Source: Podarcis muralis (Eukaryota). Taken from it: DNA of 64,000 nucleotides. Below are positions 50,801-60,365 of the stretch, piece by piece. Both the position numbers and the translations under genes were made by a program. How positions within the stretch are numbered: the stretch's first letter is position 1; the number at the start of each line of letters is the position of its first letter. Below the pieces are notes generated by a model that worked only from the letters and a program-made list of their open reading frames with translations, had not been told where the DNA came from and searched no databases. The DNA lies in the NCBI RefSeq assembly GCF_964188315.1, contig NC_135656.1, forward strand, positions 62,806,001 through 62,870,000, given 5' to 3'.

Positions 50801-53800
50801 TACACAGATTGCGGGATGCGGGTGGTGCTGTGGGTTAAGCCACAGAGCCTAGGACTTGCCAATCAGAAGGTCAGTGGTTTGCATCCCCACAACGGGGTGA
50901 GCTCCCGTTGCTCGGTCCCTGCTCCTGCCAACCTAGCAGTTCGAAAGCATGTCAAAGTGCAAGTAGATAAATAGGTACCGCTCCGGCGGGAAGGTAAACG
51001 GCGTTTCTGTGCGCTGCTCTGGTTTGCCAGAAGCGGCTTAGTCATGCTGGCCACATGACCCGGAAGCTGTACGCTGGCTCCCTCGGCCAATAAAGCGAGA
51101 TGAGCGCCACAACCCCAGAGTCGGCCACGACTGGACCTAATGGTCCAGGGTCCCTTTACCTTTTTTACACATACTGCACTCAGTTGCAGAAGCAGCAACC
51201 TGGAGCAGAAAGTTCTACAAAGAGGGAGCAGCTCTCTCTTTCTTTCCAGTATCAATTTCCCCAGCATCTATAACTTCCCAGCTGATTTTAGCTCTATGAA
51301 GGAGGAAAAAAGAGGGGTATGGATATAATCATACTGGGGCATAAGGAAACTGAGGGTTTTGTGAAAGGAAAGGTCCACAGCAAAAGGATTGAGCACCCCT
51401 TCTGCGCCACAAGATCCGTGGCTACAGATTACAGCAACTCATTGCTGCTTCCAGTTCAAGACCACGACATGGGGAGGGGAAATATTCCAGTGACTGAGCA
51501 CCCCTTGTCGTTTCTTCCTCAGCACCTCTTTCTTTCTCCTGATGTTTTCTCCATGTGAAAAAAAGAAGACTGCGAGTAGCTCACGGCAGATACCTTTGTT
51601 CTTTCTTTTCTTTTGCTTAAATTACTCTGTGAAATGCAATATAAAATAGTTCAACTGCTCAATAAAACCTGCTGACTAGTTTAGCTTTCATCTTCTGGAG
51701 ACCTCTATATTTCCCTGTCTCTGAGCTATCAAACCGCACAAGGAGATTGTATGAAAAAAATACATCAGAACTAAACGCACACACAAAAAGGTAACAAAGG
51801 AACTTCCAAGACGACACGACCCATAAAACATTTCCCCCCCCTTTTGTGTCTCAATCTAAACAAGCTGTTTGGATTAACATACCGATTTCCCGGGGCTTCC
51901 TTGGGAAGACCTTTTATCTTCAGCTCCAACGATTTCAAACTCAGATGAAGATCCCTGTAGAGAAAATGAATTAATGTAGAGTTATATACCCCAAATTCCA
52001 ATGGGCCCCTTACAGGAAAAAAACAGAGTAGGGATTAAATGAGTAATTTGGGTTCCCCCGCTGTCTAATGAATGTGTTTAAAAAACAAACAAACAAATAT
52101 ATGGTGTCCTGCTTACTTAGAAACAGGATAAAAAAGCAAAAAACCTGCAACAAACTATTGCCATAAATCCTCACCTCTCAACATGCTGATCTTCAAAAGG
52201 TGGGTTGCTGCCTGATCCAAGAAAAGTTGCAACAGGAAGCACCACCGCTATGCAAATATGCAATAAAAGATTAAGAAATGGGTCCCCAAATGCATGTTTG
52301 GATCAAAAGTGGGTCCTGGGTCTGGTAAGGTTGAATAGACCTTCATATACACTGGTCCAATTATGCCTTCCTCCATGATAATATAGGCTGTCAAGGGTTC
52401 AAGCAGGTCTTTGCTTTTCTGTTAAGTCTTTCCCACCTAATCCTCAACTTTCCTAAGCTCCTGGAGGTCAATCTAGTCTTTGCTGGGCTCCTTTGCAGTT
52501 TTGTTTGCTTTTTTGTTTTGTTTGTTTGTTTGTGGTTCTGCAAATCTCTGGGTTTCTCTGAGTGCACCAATAACTCTCTAATGTTTCTCAGTGACCCTCT
52601 GTGGGCTCCAACTCTGTCAGCAAGAGGCAATGTGTTCAAAGTCAGAGGGGAGTGGGACTGGATGGAGCTGTTTCCAAATGTTGCTTATTTCTTTGATCTA
52701 AAAAGGTCATGCGGGAAAGGAAGATAGCATCTTACACACCAAACTGGAGGCGTAGCGAGATCTAAATCTACCTAATAACTATTAGAAACCACAGCAATCT
52801 GTAACTGTCCGTGATACAGAATGAAACAGGGCTACATGTTTTCTCAAATAATGCAGTATTCAAAACTACAAAAGTTTTATGGGAAGGGCTGGAGCTTGGC
52901 GGCAGAGGATTTGCCTCACATGCAAAAGATCCCGGGTTCAATCCCTGGTGTCTGCAGGAAGGGCTCAGAAAAGTTGTTTCCTGAAGCCCTGGAGAGCTGC
53001 TGGCATCAGTGTAGGCCATGGTGAACAAGATATGCCAACGGCATAAGGCAGCTACCTCTCAGAAACAATCTAAGAGACATCTCTTTGTAGTTAAGTGGCA
53101 CTCAACAAAGCCAGGCAGTTTGGGATCAGACACTGAACCACAGAATGGACTCTCCCTGCAGCCTCGCAAGACTTAAATAGATGTAGCTTGGGTCAGGAAT
53201 AAAAGCACCAGCCTTGGACCTCAATGACTATCACAGGGCGGATTAAAAGAGAGTGCTCTTTCAGCTCCAGTTCTGAAAAATAGAAAGCACCTCCCAAAGT
53301 AGTTGAGATGATCAACTTTACTGTAGAGCATGTGGCTCATTAAAAGTGCTATGCAGCATTCTACTAGTTCAGAAACTTCCTTCCAGTTACATGGACAGAC
53401 TAAAATGCCAGAGTCCTCAAACCTGAGTAGTCATTCTGATATCATTCCCCTCACTGCCTTTACAATGTGTTTAGCATTCCCGCAGCCTAGTTCTATACAT
53501 ACTCGGAAATACTTGCCGCTGAATTCATTGGGACTTATTCCTGTGTCTGCCCAACAGGGCTTGCAGCTTTAATCATCATCATTATTATTATTTTTATGTA
53601 GCCTTGACTATTTAAAGTCTGATTTCTTACACTGCTGGGTGGCTTCTGTGTGGGTTTATCCATCTCCTTCTGATCTTCACCTGGAACCTCTGAGGAAGAG
53701 CAAAGATCTGGGATTCCTCCTGGGGGAAAAAGAGAAAAGAAGCAAGTGAACATTTCTCACCGCAGAGATCCAACTCTGCCAACAGAAACAGCAGCAAAAG

Positions 53801-55782
53801 TACAAAGAAGTAAAGGGAAAGTTGGGGAAAGGAGAAAACAGGTTGCTAGGCAGGATAGAGATCTTCCATTCTGCATTAACAGGAAACAGCTTCAAGAGCA
53901 GGAGGGCTGGTAGCAGCTATTACTTGCCTAAAACAAATCCATTTTATAACCAATTTAAAAACACACACCAGAGAGTCTACAAGGAACAGTACTTGCCCTT
54001 TTCCATCTTGTTTTGAGTGCACAAATTACACACACACTCCCCCGTCAAGCCCCACCTTCCCCGTGCAAGAACCAGTAGCTGGTCTCTGGGGGCACAGAGG
54101 CGGCAATGTTTGGTGTGCGATGCAAATGTGTATAAATGGCCTTTGATGAGTGTCAGCTGGAATTTCCCTCTTTCCTCCTGGGCTCAGCATACGGTAATAC
54201 TGAAAGATCAAAAATCACCCCTCAGCTTTTCCATTTGAAGCCCATCTAGTTCTCAAGAGGGGTGGTAGGTGGGAGAACAGAACAGTCACCTTTTTTTAAA
54301 GTGCACTGCATCAGCCTTTGCCAACCTGGCACACTGCAGATGTTTTGGACTACAAGTTTCATTAGCTCCAGGCAGCAACAGGTTGATGAAGGTGAGAGTG
54401 TGCCATATCAGAAAGATATGGTGCATATCAGAATGACAGTCACCTTTTCTAAGGTCAAAGGAGGCTGCTCTCAGGGCTTTCACACTCAGATCTATCAAAC
54501 ATGTGATCCCAGGTACACTGCAAGACTCCCACTAAGTCCCAACCAGTAAGCTCCCTCTAAGTAGCACCCCCAATAATGGTCTAAACAAATAAATAAAGTA
54601 GTTGACCATTGGCTGCTCTTTGGTATGAAAAATTCTACCACCCAAGGCAGCTGACCTCGCCCTGAATTGGGGGTATGTGCGCAATGTGTGTGGCATGCAC
54701 ATATTTACGCCCAGACTTTGCTAGTATCAGGTGGGACTCAATCACAGACAGTAAACCCAGGTTGTGCAATTACAGTTGGAGGGGAGGTTTTGCACAACAA
54801 ACCCACTCTCCCCCAGTAGATGGACCTCCCCACCAACAAACAGGAATGAATGCTCAATAAAATCAGTCACCTGGAAGCACTCATGATTTTTTTGAGACCC
54901 AAAAAGAAAACACACCGGGACAGGGGGTGTCTAGGAAGCTGGCTCAAACCAAGGCATATGTGTCTACCTAGCCCTCTACTGTCTACTCTGACTAGCAGCA
55001 CTTCTCCAGGGTCTCAGACAGAATGAGGTCCTGCCCCATCACCTGCCTGAAGATGGAAAGGATTATTCCTGGGACCTTCTGCGTGCAAAAGTGTAGGCAG
55101 TGAGCTGCCCCCTAAACCACACAGCCTTCAAAGAAGAAAAAAAGTGTTTCAGGGCAGGGGTGTGGAAGGAAGAGTTTTGCTGCAGAAGCAAAAACGTATT
55201 CAAAACCTTTGGTTACTGGTCATTTGATTTCATGTTTTTCTCAGGGAGGGGAAGAGCAGTGAACATGAGCAAAAAGCACGGCCAAAACTTCCCTCAAGTT
55301 CCACCGTCTAAAGGCTGTTCGGTTTATTTTTGCATATGCATAACCTGCCCAGAAAGTAGCATGCAACAAGACAGGACTGATTCAATCCAAGGAGGCTGGG
55401 CTGTAGCTAAAACCATGCGAATGGAGTTCTACCCACACAACGGAACCTCCCCTTCCTCTCCTCTCGCCAAGCATCCACAGAATCTGCTCTGGTGGGTTCC
55501 ACAACCCGCTGCAGAAGATTTTGAATGTGCACGGGGGGCTGCAGGGGAGAGGAGAGGTGCAAGTTCTACTGTGAAGTCTATTGCACAAGCCGAACACCCC
55601 TAGGAACTGAAGTGACACAGATTCAGGCTGTAGACCTGAAGACACAGGTTGGCTGCATAGATGGCCCAGTGATATCAGCATGTGTATTTTTTGAAAGGGA
55701 TTTTTACACTTAATGCAAGACAGCCGACAGCAGCACTGGAGGCTTATTCCTCTTCCTTCCAGCTTGCAATTCCCTTAAATGC

Positions 55783-55820
<38 letters not shown>

Positions 55821-57360
55821 GAAAATCTAGGTCTGCCAAAGAACAGTGTTACTGGGACATGCTAAACAGTTGGTCCTTTGATGCTCATACCTGCCATTTC
55901 CGCAAGTTTGTCAAGAGAGGAGGTGGACCTTAGCATTTCGTTGTCCTTCACTAGGTCCTCCACTTTCTGACGCAGCCTGGAGGCTTCTAACTGAGACTCT
56001 TCCAATAGATCCCCTGGCAAAACAACAAGGGCACGATTTAACACTCCTTTGTATTTGCAGGTTCTTTCTTTACAGCAGCACATTCAGCATAGTTATCGGA
56101 ACTCCAGCAATTCTAGCCTAACTCCACTGCATTTCAGTTCAAATGACTGCTTTATACACAGTACTTTTACTACACAGAGAGGATCTCTGTGCCATGGGGG
56201 GCAGGGATGGAACTGTGAATGATGTATATAGCAGCCACATAATTTTTTGCATGGATTAGGGAGCAGGCACGAGCATGGAGATATTCCCAACTGTAGGAAA
56301 AAGTAGTCAGCTGAACTGCAATGTTTTGCCTTGTCTACTTATTGGCGAGCACCTCAGCCACACACGTGCAAAGCTCAAATTTTATGCCAGTATATTGGGC
56401 TTGCTAAGAAATGTATCGCTATCAAGATCTCATTTTAAAAGGCTTTGGAATAAAGAGCAATGAATGTTTAATATGCATTGGTGAAAGCTTGTGGAGGCAC
56501 AAAGAATTCTCCTTTAGGCTAGGTAATATGAACTACCCCTTTAAAAAAACTAAAAACTTTAATAGAAGTAAATAAATTCCTAATATATACCTCCAATTCA
56601 AAACCCTATCTACAGAGAGGTGCATCTGTGGAATGAAACGCTGCTGAGTTGGAACCCATTGACATATTCAGGACTGTTTCTCAGCCTCTGAAAACGATTA
56701 TGTTCTCAGACGGCAAACAGTAAAAGATTCTTCACGTGATGCTACTACATCCGGGACCTGTGTACAATTTTCACACTTACGATGTTCAGCGTTACTGAAA
56801 ACCCTTAAGATCTTCCACTGGCTGTCACAATATTTTAAAAGGTCCATATCCCACACACAGCCCACGTGTGAGCAATGCCAGTAAGTCATCACCTGGGACG
56901 TCTCTTGAACAACGTGCAGACAAGAGGCAAAGGCCTTTTGAGCCACAGCAATAACACAGAGAACACCCCCAGAATGACTTTAGCACACAAGGGGCAGCAA
57001 GTCCAAATCACAGACTTGGCCTTTAATGCTCACCACCAGTGAAACTAGTAGGCTATCCCCAATGGAAGCTCAACTATGCCTCTATGGTGCCACAGAGGTT
57101 TTAGAGGTTTCCTGCTAAGTACACAAGAAAGCGGCTTCTTTGAAGTTTGTCGCAGACCTGGGCATTCTGGAAACAGCAACAATGAGTAACTTTTGCTTTT
57201 CCGCTTCCATGTCATCCTCACCGTTACCTAGAGACTTAATTCCCTGCATCTTCTCCTTCAGCCGGGTATTTTCCTCCACCAGCCGTTCAAAGGCAGCAGT
57301 TGCTCCCTTTTCCGTTCCCCCACCCGGGTCATAGATACGATAAGGCCCCTTTCCTTCCAT
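28862..57360 (-). CDS. TNIP1: TNFAIP3-interacting protein 1 (ABIN-1), whole CDS span, 17 coding exons, 1881 nt, 626 aa
   Basis: N-terminus MEGKGPYRIYDPGG, AHD1 (TRQREYQEKEILRLNK), UBAN (VKIFEEDFQRERSDRERMNEEK). All junctions are GT-AG with consistent phase. Confidence 0.97.
29714..29804 (-). CDS. TNIP1: TNIP1 exon 17
   Basis: PEYTWYPPCVISQNQNAQAPDGGKQLPKES; donor G|gtaaga. Confidence 0.9.
30264..30461 (-). CDS. TNIP1: TNIP1 exon 16 (Pro-rich)
   Basis: HSGDRLHPEPQPGPVAPVCPMYQFQCPTPVQPHMYHGYEEWQQIRYPPAAMPNERPPVQNYHRFPP. Confidence 0.92.
30899..31065. other. Assembly gap (167 N) in TNIP1 intron 15
   Basis: Run of N. Confidence 0.99.
31665..32670 (-). mobile_element. L2 LINE 3' ~1 kb with an open RT-C-terminal ORF (31861-32514)
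   Basis: WMVANRLWLNPEKTEVL...LGVILDS...VHALVISRLNYCNSL...LQLIQNAAARL...LHWLPVRFRAQFKVL. Confidence 0.92.
32880..32960 (-). CDS. TNIP1: TNIP1 exon 15
   Basis: MQIFKEDYRKEKEEKDKFKKLLKQHKQ; ccctgccag| ... |gtacag, phase 0/0. Confidence 0.88.
34026..34151 (-). CDS. TNIP1: TNIP1 exon 14 (UBAN ubiquitin-binding core)
   Basis: VKIFEEDFQRERSDRERMNEEKEELKQQLDKLQKQLVLTNSQ. Confidence 0.97.
34459..34587 (-). CDS. TNIP1: TNIP1 exon 13
   Basis: ALEEALNVQASAPSPSAFNSPIEPGASVRHQEVVTQNELLKQQ. Confidence 0.95.
34774..34902 (-). CDS. TNIP1: TNIP1 exon 12 (AHD1)
   Basis: AEKERLASEVKDLKQRVKFLQDQLAPVTRQREYQEKEILRLNK. Confidence 0.96.
35547..35678 (-). CDS. TNIP1: TNIP1 exon 11
   Basis: ITDLRQKLADSQKALGELEAEREQKQRDFDRKLLLAKSKIEEEE. 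Confidence 0.96.
35837..35877. repeat. (CA)n microsatellite
   Basis: Direct reading; others at 55783-55818 (CA), 58465-58508 (TAA), 43775-43800 (ATT), 23898-23925 (TCAA), 59405-59430 (CAAA), 638-672 (TTG). Confidence 0.95.
35890..36260 (+). mobile_element. Old L1 ORF2 C-terminal fragment
   Basis: LLTAAQIVIAKNGK...EWVNKIWHLAQ resembles the L1 C-terminus. Confidence 0.65.
36464..36529 (-). CDS. TNIP1: TNIP1 exon 10
   Basis: LLEVNKQWDHHFRSMKQQYEQK. Confidence 0.96.
37398..37528. mobile_element. hAT (Charlie-like) MITE
   Basis: Long TIR CAGACATAGGCAAACTCGGCCCTCCAG; 8-bp TSD gtctacac/gtctacaa. Confidence 0.85.
37940..38029 (-). CDS. TNIP1: TNIP1 exon 9
   Basis: KGAAEEKAMGKSMLGSSEKKVKILEHQRNE; donor gtaagc. 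Confidence 0.9.
38565..38655 (-). CDS. TNIP1: TNIP1 exon 8
   Basis: CENLELRKMVMMGSKEGVKAEGVECAGLQQ; phases match both neighbours. Confidence 0.85.
41205..41299 (-). CDS. TNIP1: TNIP1 exon 7
   Basis: ALCEELRNENEELRAKLEKELEQRNQVSEKL; 95 nt, donor gtgagg. Confidence 0.93.
41860..42223 (+). mobile_element. Sauria SINE, full length, 14-bp TSD
   Basis: TSD ctaatagttactac at 41846-59 and 42224-37; CpG-rich. Confidence 0.92.
43365..43690 (-). mobile_element. Sauria SINE
   Basis: Homology to other copies. Confidence 0.88.
43831..44083. mobile_element. Tigger/pogo-like MITE with CGCAAGACGAA subrepeats
   Basis: TA|CAGTGGTACCTCGCAAGACGAA ... TTCGTCTTGCGAGGCACCACTG|TA; internal TIR copy near 44001. 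Confidence 0.88.
44180..44345 (-). mobile_element. CR1 LINE 3' end
   Basis: (ATTCT)n-type tail and ttggaaggga motif; + strand homologue at 57903-58018. Confidence 0.7.
44609..44800 (-). CDS. TNIP1: TNIP1 exon 6
   Basis: DIEPLQNEDGNLMLHLQRLENTLSLFAEESDKTQLFAHLGRMALEFNRLASKVHKNEQRTSILQ. Confidence 0.96.
47120..47460 (+). mobile_element. Sauria SINE
   Basis: gggatgcgggtggc head, cctttacctttaa tail. Confidence 0.88.
48467..48681. mobile_element. Tigger/pogo-like MITE
   Basis: TA|CTGTCAAACCTTGGTTG ... GAACCGAGGTTTGACTG|TA. Confidence 0.8.
49912..50155 (-). mobile_element. L2 LINE 3' fragment
   Basis: tttatttattgaatttatataccgccc tail; minus ...NALPREVRLVPSL..FRRQAKTFLF. Confidence 0.75.
50812..51162 (+). 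mobile_element. Sauria SINE
   Basis: Homology to other copies. Confidence 0.9.
51883..51954 (-). CDS. TNIP1: TNIP1 exon 5 (LIR motif SSEFEIV)
   Basis: GSSSEFEIVGAEDKRSSQGSPGKS; ctacag| ... |gtatgt. Confidence 0.9.
53631..53719 (-). CDS. TNIP1: TNIP1 exon 4
   Basis: GIPDLCSSSEVPGEDQKEMDKPTQKPPSS; pyrimidine tract plus cccccag, donor gtaag. Confidence 0.88.
55891..56013 (-). CDS. TNIP1: TNIP1 exon 3 (numbering by analogy to human; exon 1 non-coding)
   Basis: DLLEESQLEASRLRQKVEDLVKDNEMLRSTSSLDKLAEMA; ccag| ... |gtatga. Confidence 0.93.
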
Positions 57361-57398
57361 GGGTGCAGCTTAATACTCCAGTTTCCTGGTAGCTGTGC
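57228..57398 (-). CDS. TNIP1: TNIP1 first coding exon (38 nt of 5'UTR; CDS 57360-57228)
   Basis: MEGKGPYRIYDPGGGTEKGATAAFERLVEENTRLKEKMQGIKSLG; acceptor gtttcag, donor G|GTAAC. Confidence 0.95.
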
Positions 57399-57902
57399 CT
57401 GAAACAATGGAACAGGTGGTTAGCATCCCCAGTGTAAATCCTTTAAGAACGCTAGAACAACCAGAGGGATTTAACAGAAGGGGGAGATAATAGTGTTCAT
57501 CTGTTACTGGGACTTCAGGGGTTTTCCAGATTGGGTGGACTTGGTCAGAGGCTACAACTTCCATGACTGATATAAGGCTCCCATTATTTTTAACCTTGGT
57601 TAAGGGATCATGATCAGGTGGTGCAAGTGTATATCCTCTTGCCTTCCTTTGCCCCAGTTCCCCTGCTCTTCCTGAACCCTGTCTGAACCGGCTTTAACCA
57701 ATAATTAGTCCTAACGGAGACATCAATCTTAGCCAAGACTTGAAATATTGGGAGTGGTCTATATGCATAAGATGACAGCAAAATATGATCCTTATGATAC
57801 TCTGCTGAGCACTGTTCTTTCATTATGCTTGTGTTTGTAGAGAAAGGACTGGCACCCTGACTGCCAGAGCAAATTTCTCCATTTCTGCAAAACAAAAGCT
57901 TT

Positions 57903-58018
57903 TTAAGCAGAGGTTGGATGGCCATCTCTCATGGATGCTTTAGCTAGGATTCCTGCATTGCAGGAGGTTGGACTAGATGACCCCTGGAGTCCCTTCCAAC
58001 TCCAAGAGTCTGTGATTT
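57903..58018 (+). mobile_element. CR1 LINE 3' end
   Basis: gcagaggttggatggccatct...attcctgcattgcaggaggttggactagatgaccc...gtcccttccaactc; same tail as the tRNA-headed SINEs. Confidence 0.75.
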
Positions 58019-58462
58019 TATGGAAACACCACAGCAAAAAGAAAAAGGGGGGGAAATAAAAAAGAGCTGGGATATACAATTTAATTAACATATTTCTATA
58101 CCATCCTTAATAAAAACAGATTTCAGGGCATTGTACAACAAACCAGAGTAATAAAATTAAAACCAAATAAAAAAAACCACTAACACTGTGCAGCCATAAC
58201 ATATTTTTTTAAGCAGCAGATAAAAAGGACAAAAGCAGGCTGAGTGAGTATACAAATTAAAACGCCATGGTAAATACAAATGTCTTAACCTAGCGCTGAA
58301 AAGATTGCAAAGTAGGAGCCAGGCGTACCTTTTATGGGAAGGCATTCAAATACCTCTCATTTCTTATTACAGAGCACACTACCACTTAAAGATGAACTCC
58401 TGTTGAAGATCTCAACACAGGAAGGCTGGTATGGTGGAAGAAGCATTCTTGCAAGTATTTGG

Positions 58463-58508
<46 letters not shown>

Positions 58509-60229
58509 CAGTTAAAATTCTGGCAGCCAAATTCTGAACTAATTGAACTTCTGAGTAATCTTCAAGGGCAGCCCCAAGTATTACCAGACTATGGAACACT
58601 GTAACCAGACTATGCCTGTTGAGGAATGGCACAGTGGCAGCAAAATCATCTGGACTGGTAGAGACAGAAGTGAATCTAAAAGCGCACCCAAACTGCAAAC
58701 CTACTCTCAGCCAAAACAGGTTGAACATCATGGTCAATGATATCAAGTGCTATTGAGAGAGCAAGAAGAACCAATAGGGTTGTGCTCCCCTGCCTTTCTA
58801 TTCACAGGCCATTCACCTGATTGTGGATAATCTATCTATACTCTCCAAAGGATGCATGCCTAAATGTGCTCTCTGATATACACTCAAATGATACTCCAGG
58901 TGAGACGGGGGTTTAGAACGACAACAATGTAACTGGTTTGCCATAATCAGCATTGGCATGTAGCCAAATCTGATTTGCTTTGTGATGTCATCACATTCAC
59001 TACCAGATCGCTATTTGAATGAGATGGTGTAGTTAAGGAAGAATATAGGAGGTAGCAATCCATTATGAAACACACACACAGAGGTAAAATGAGATCCACC
59101 AGTAAGGCTGTGGGTGCCTTGCAGTAGATTTAAGGGTTTCTAACTTTTCTAATGACAGAAACAACCAGCTAAAAGGCCTTTTATTTTCAAATTAGGTTGC
59201 CGATAAAGAACATTTGGGAGAAAACCAGGACTGGGTTTTTTGTGAGAGAGAATGTATAAACTTGGTTTTGGTACTGCAATACTAATGCCCAGTCTGAATA
59301 TGTGCTCAGAGGCACCCTGCTTACTGATTCTTGGTGTATATGCCTGCCCACTTGACCTAGTATTTTACTCTGGTTCATACATCTCAGTTTTCAAGCAAAA
59401 ATGAACAAACAAACAAACAAACAAACAAACGAATGAATACATCTACTCCATTAGCACAAGTTGACTAGGTTGGGGAGAAAAATGCCCAAAGTGATGGAAC
59501 ATTCAGATCTAATGCACAGAGTGTTCAACTCCCTATGCACATCTTGTGCTGCAAAATTTAATCCTGCATCATTTAACGATGCTCATCACGCACCAAACTA
59601 ATGAGAGTTCAGCTAGTTTACTGCACTCTGGGTCAACAGAGAACAGAACTAGGTCAGCAGGCGTCATTAAAAAGTGCACACACATTCTTCTTGAATGATG
59701 CAGGAACAGCTCCGGGATATTTAGTGTGCTGATATAAACCTTACTTCAGTTCAAACCGTGTGAAAGAAAGTGTCATAAATAGATAACAGACCAGTGAAAG
59801 TGTCTGAAACTAGAACAGGCTTGCTGATGCTGAATAATATACATATCTATTAAATTATCAGTACGGGAACAGAAAGGAGGGGTAAGTACATTTAAATACT
59901 ATTTCTTAAAACAAAAACACTATTCAAGGATCCACAAATACACTGACAAATGCACTATCATTTTAAGCTGATAAAGGCAGAATCAGGGAAAGGCAGCACC
60001 CTACTCCTCATCCAGAAATGTAGGGTCCCCATCTGGTGCCACACTGGTCACATCCACACAATACATTCAAAGCACTCTCGTGCCACTTCAAAAGGCATGG
60101 CTTCTCCTAAAGAATCCTGGGAACTATAGTTGAAGGGAATTGTAGCACTGTGAGGGTCTCCTAACAATGCCCAACACCTTTATAGTTCCCAGGATTCTTT
60201 GGGGGGAACCATGTAAGAATGCTCTAAAT

Positions 60230-60365
60230 CAGTGTTTCCCAACCTTGTGCCTCCAGCTGTTTTTGGACTACAATTCCCATCATCCCTTGCCACTGGTCTT
60301 GCTAGTCAGGGATGATGGGAGTTGTAGTTCAAAAACAGCTGGAGGCACAAGGTTGGGAAACACTG
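60230..60365. mobile_element. hAT (Charlie-like) MITE
   Basis: Perfect 8-bp TSD ctctaaat; TIR CAGTGTTTCCCAACCTTGTGCCTCCAGCTGTTTTTG. Confidence 0.9.
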
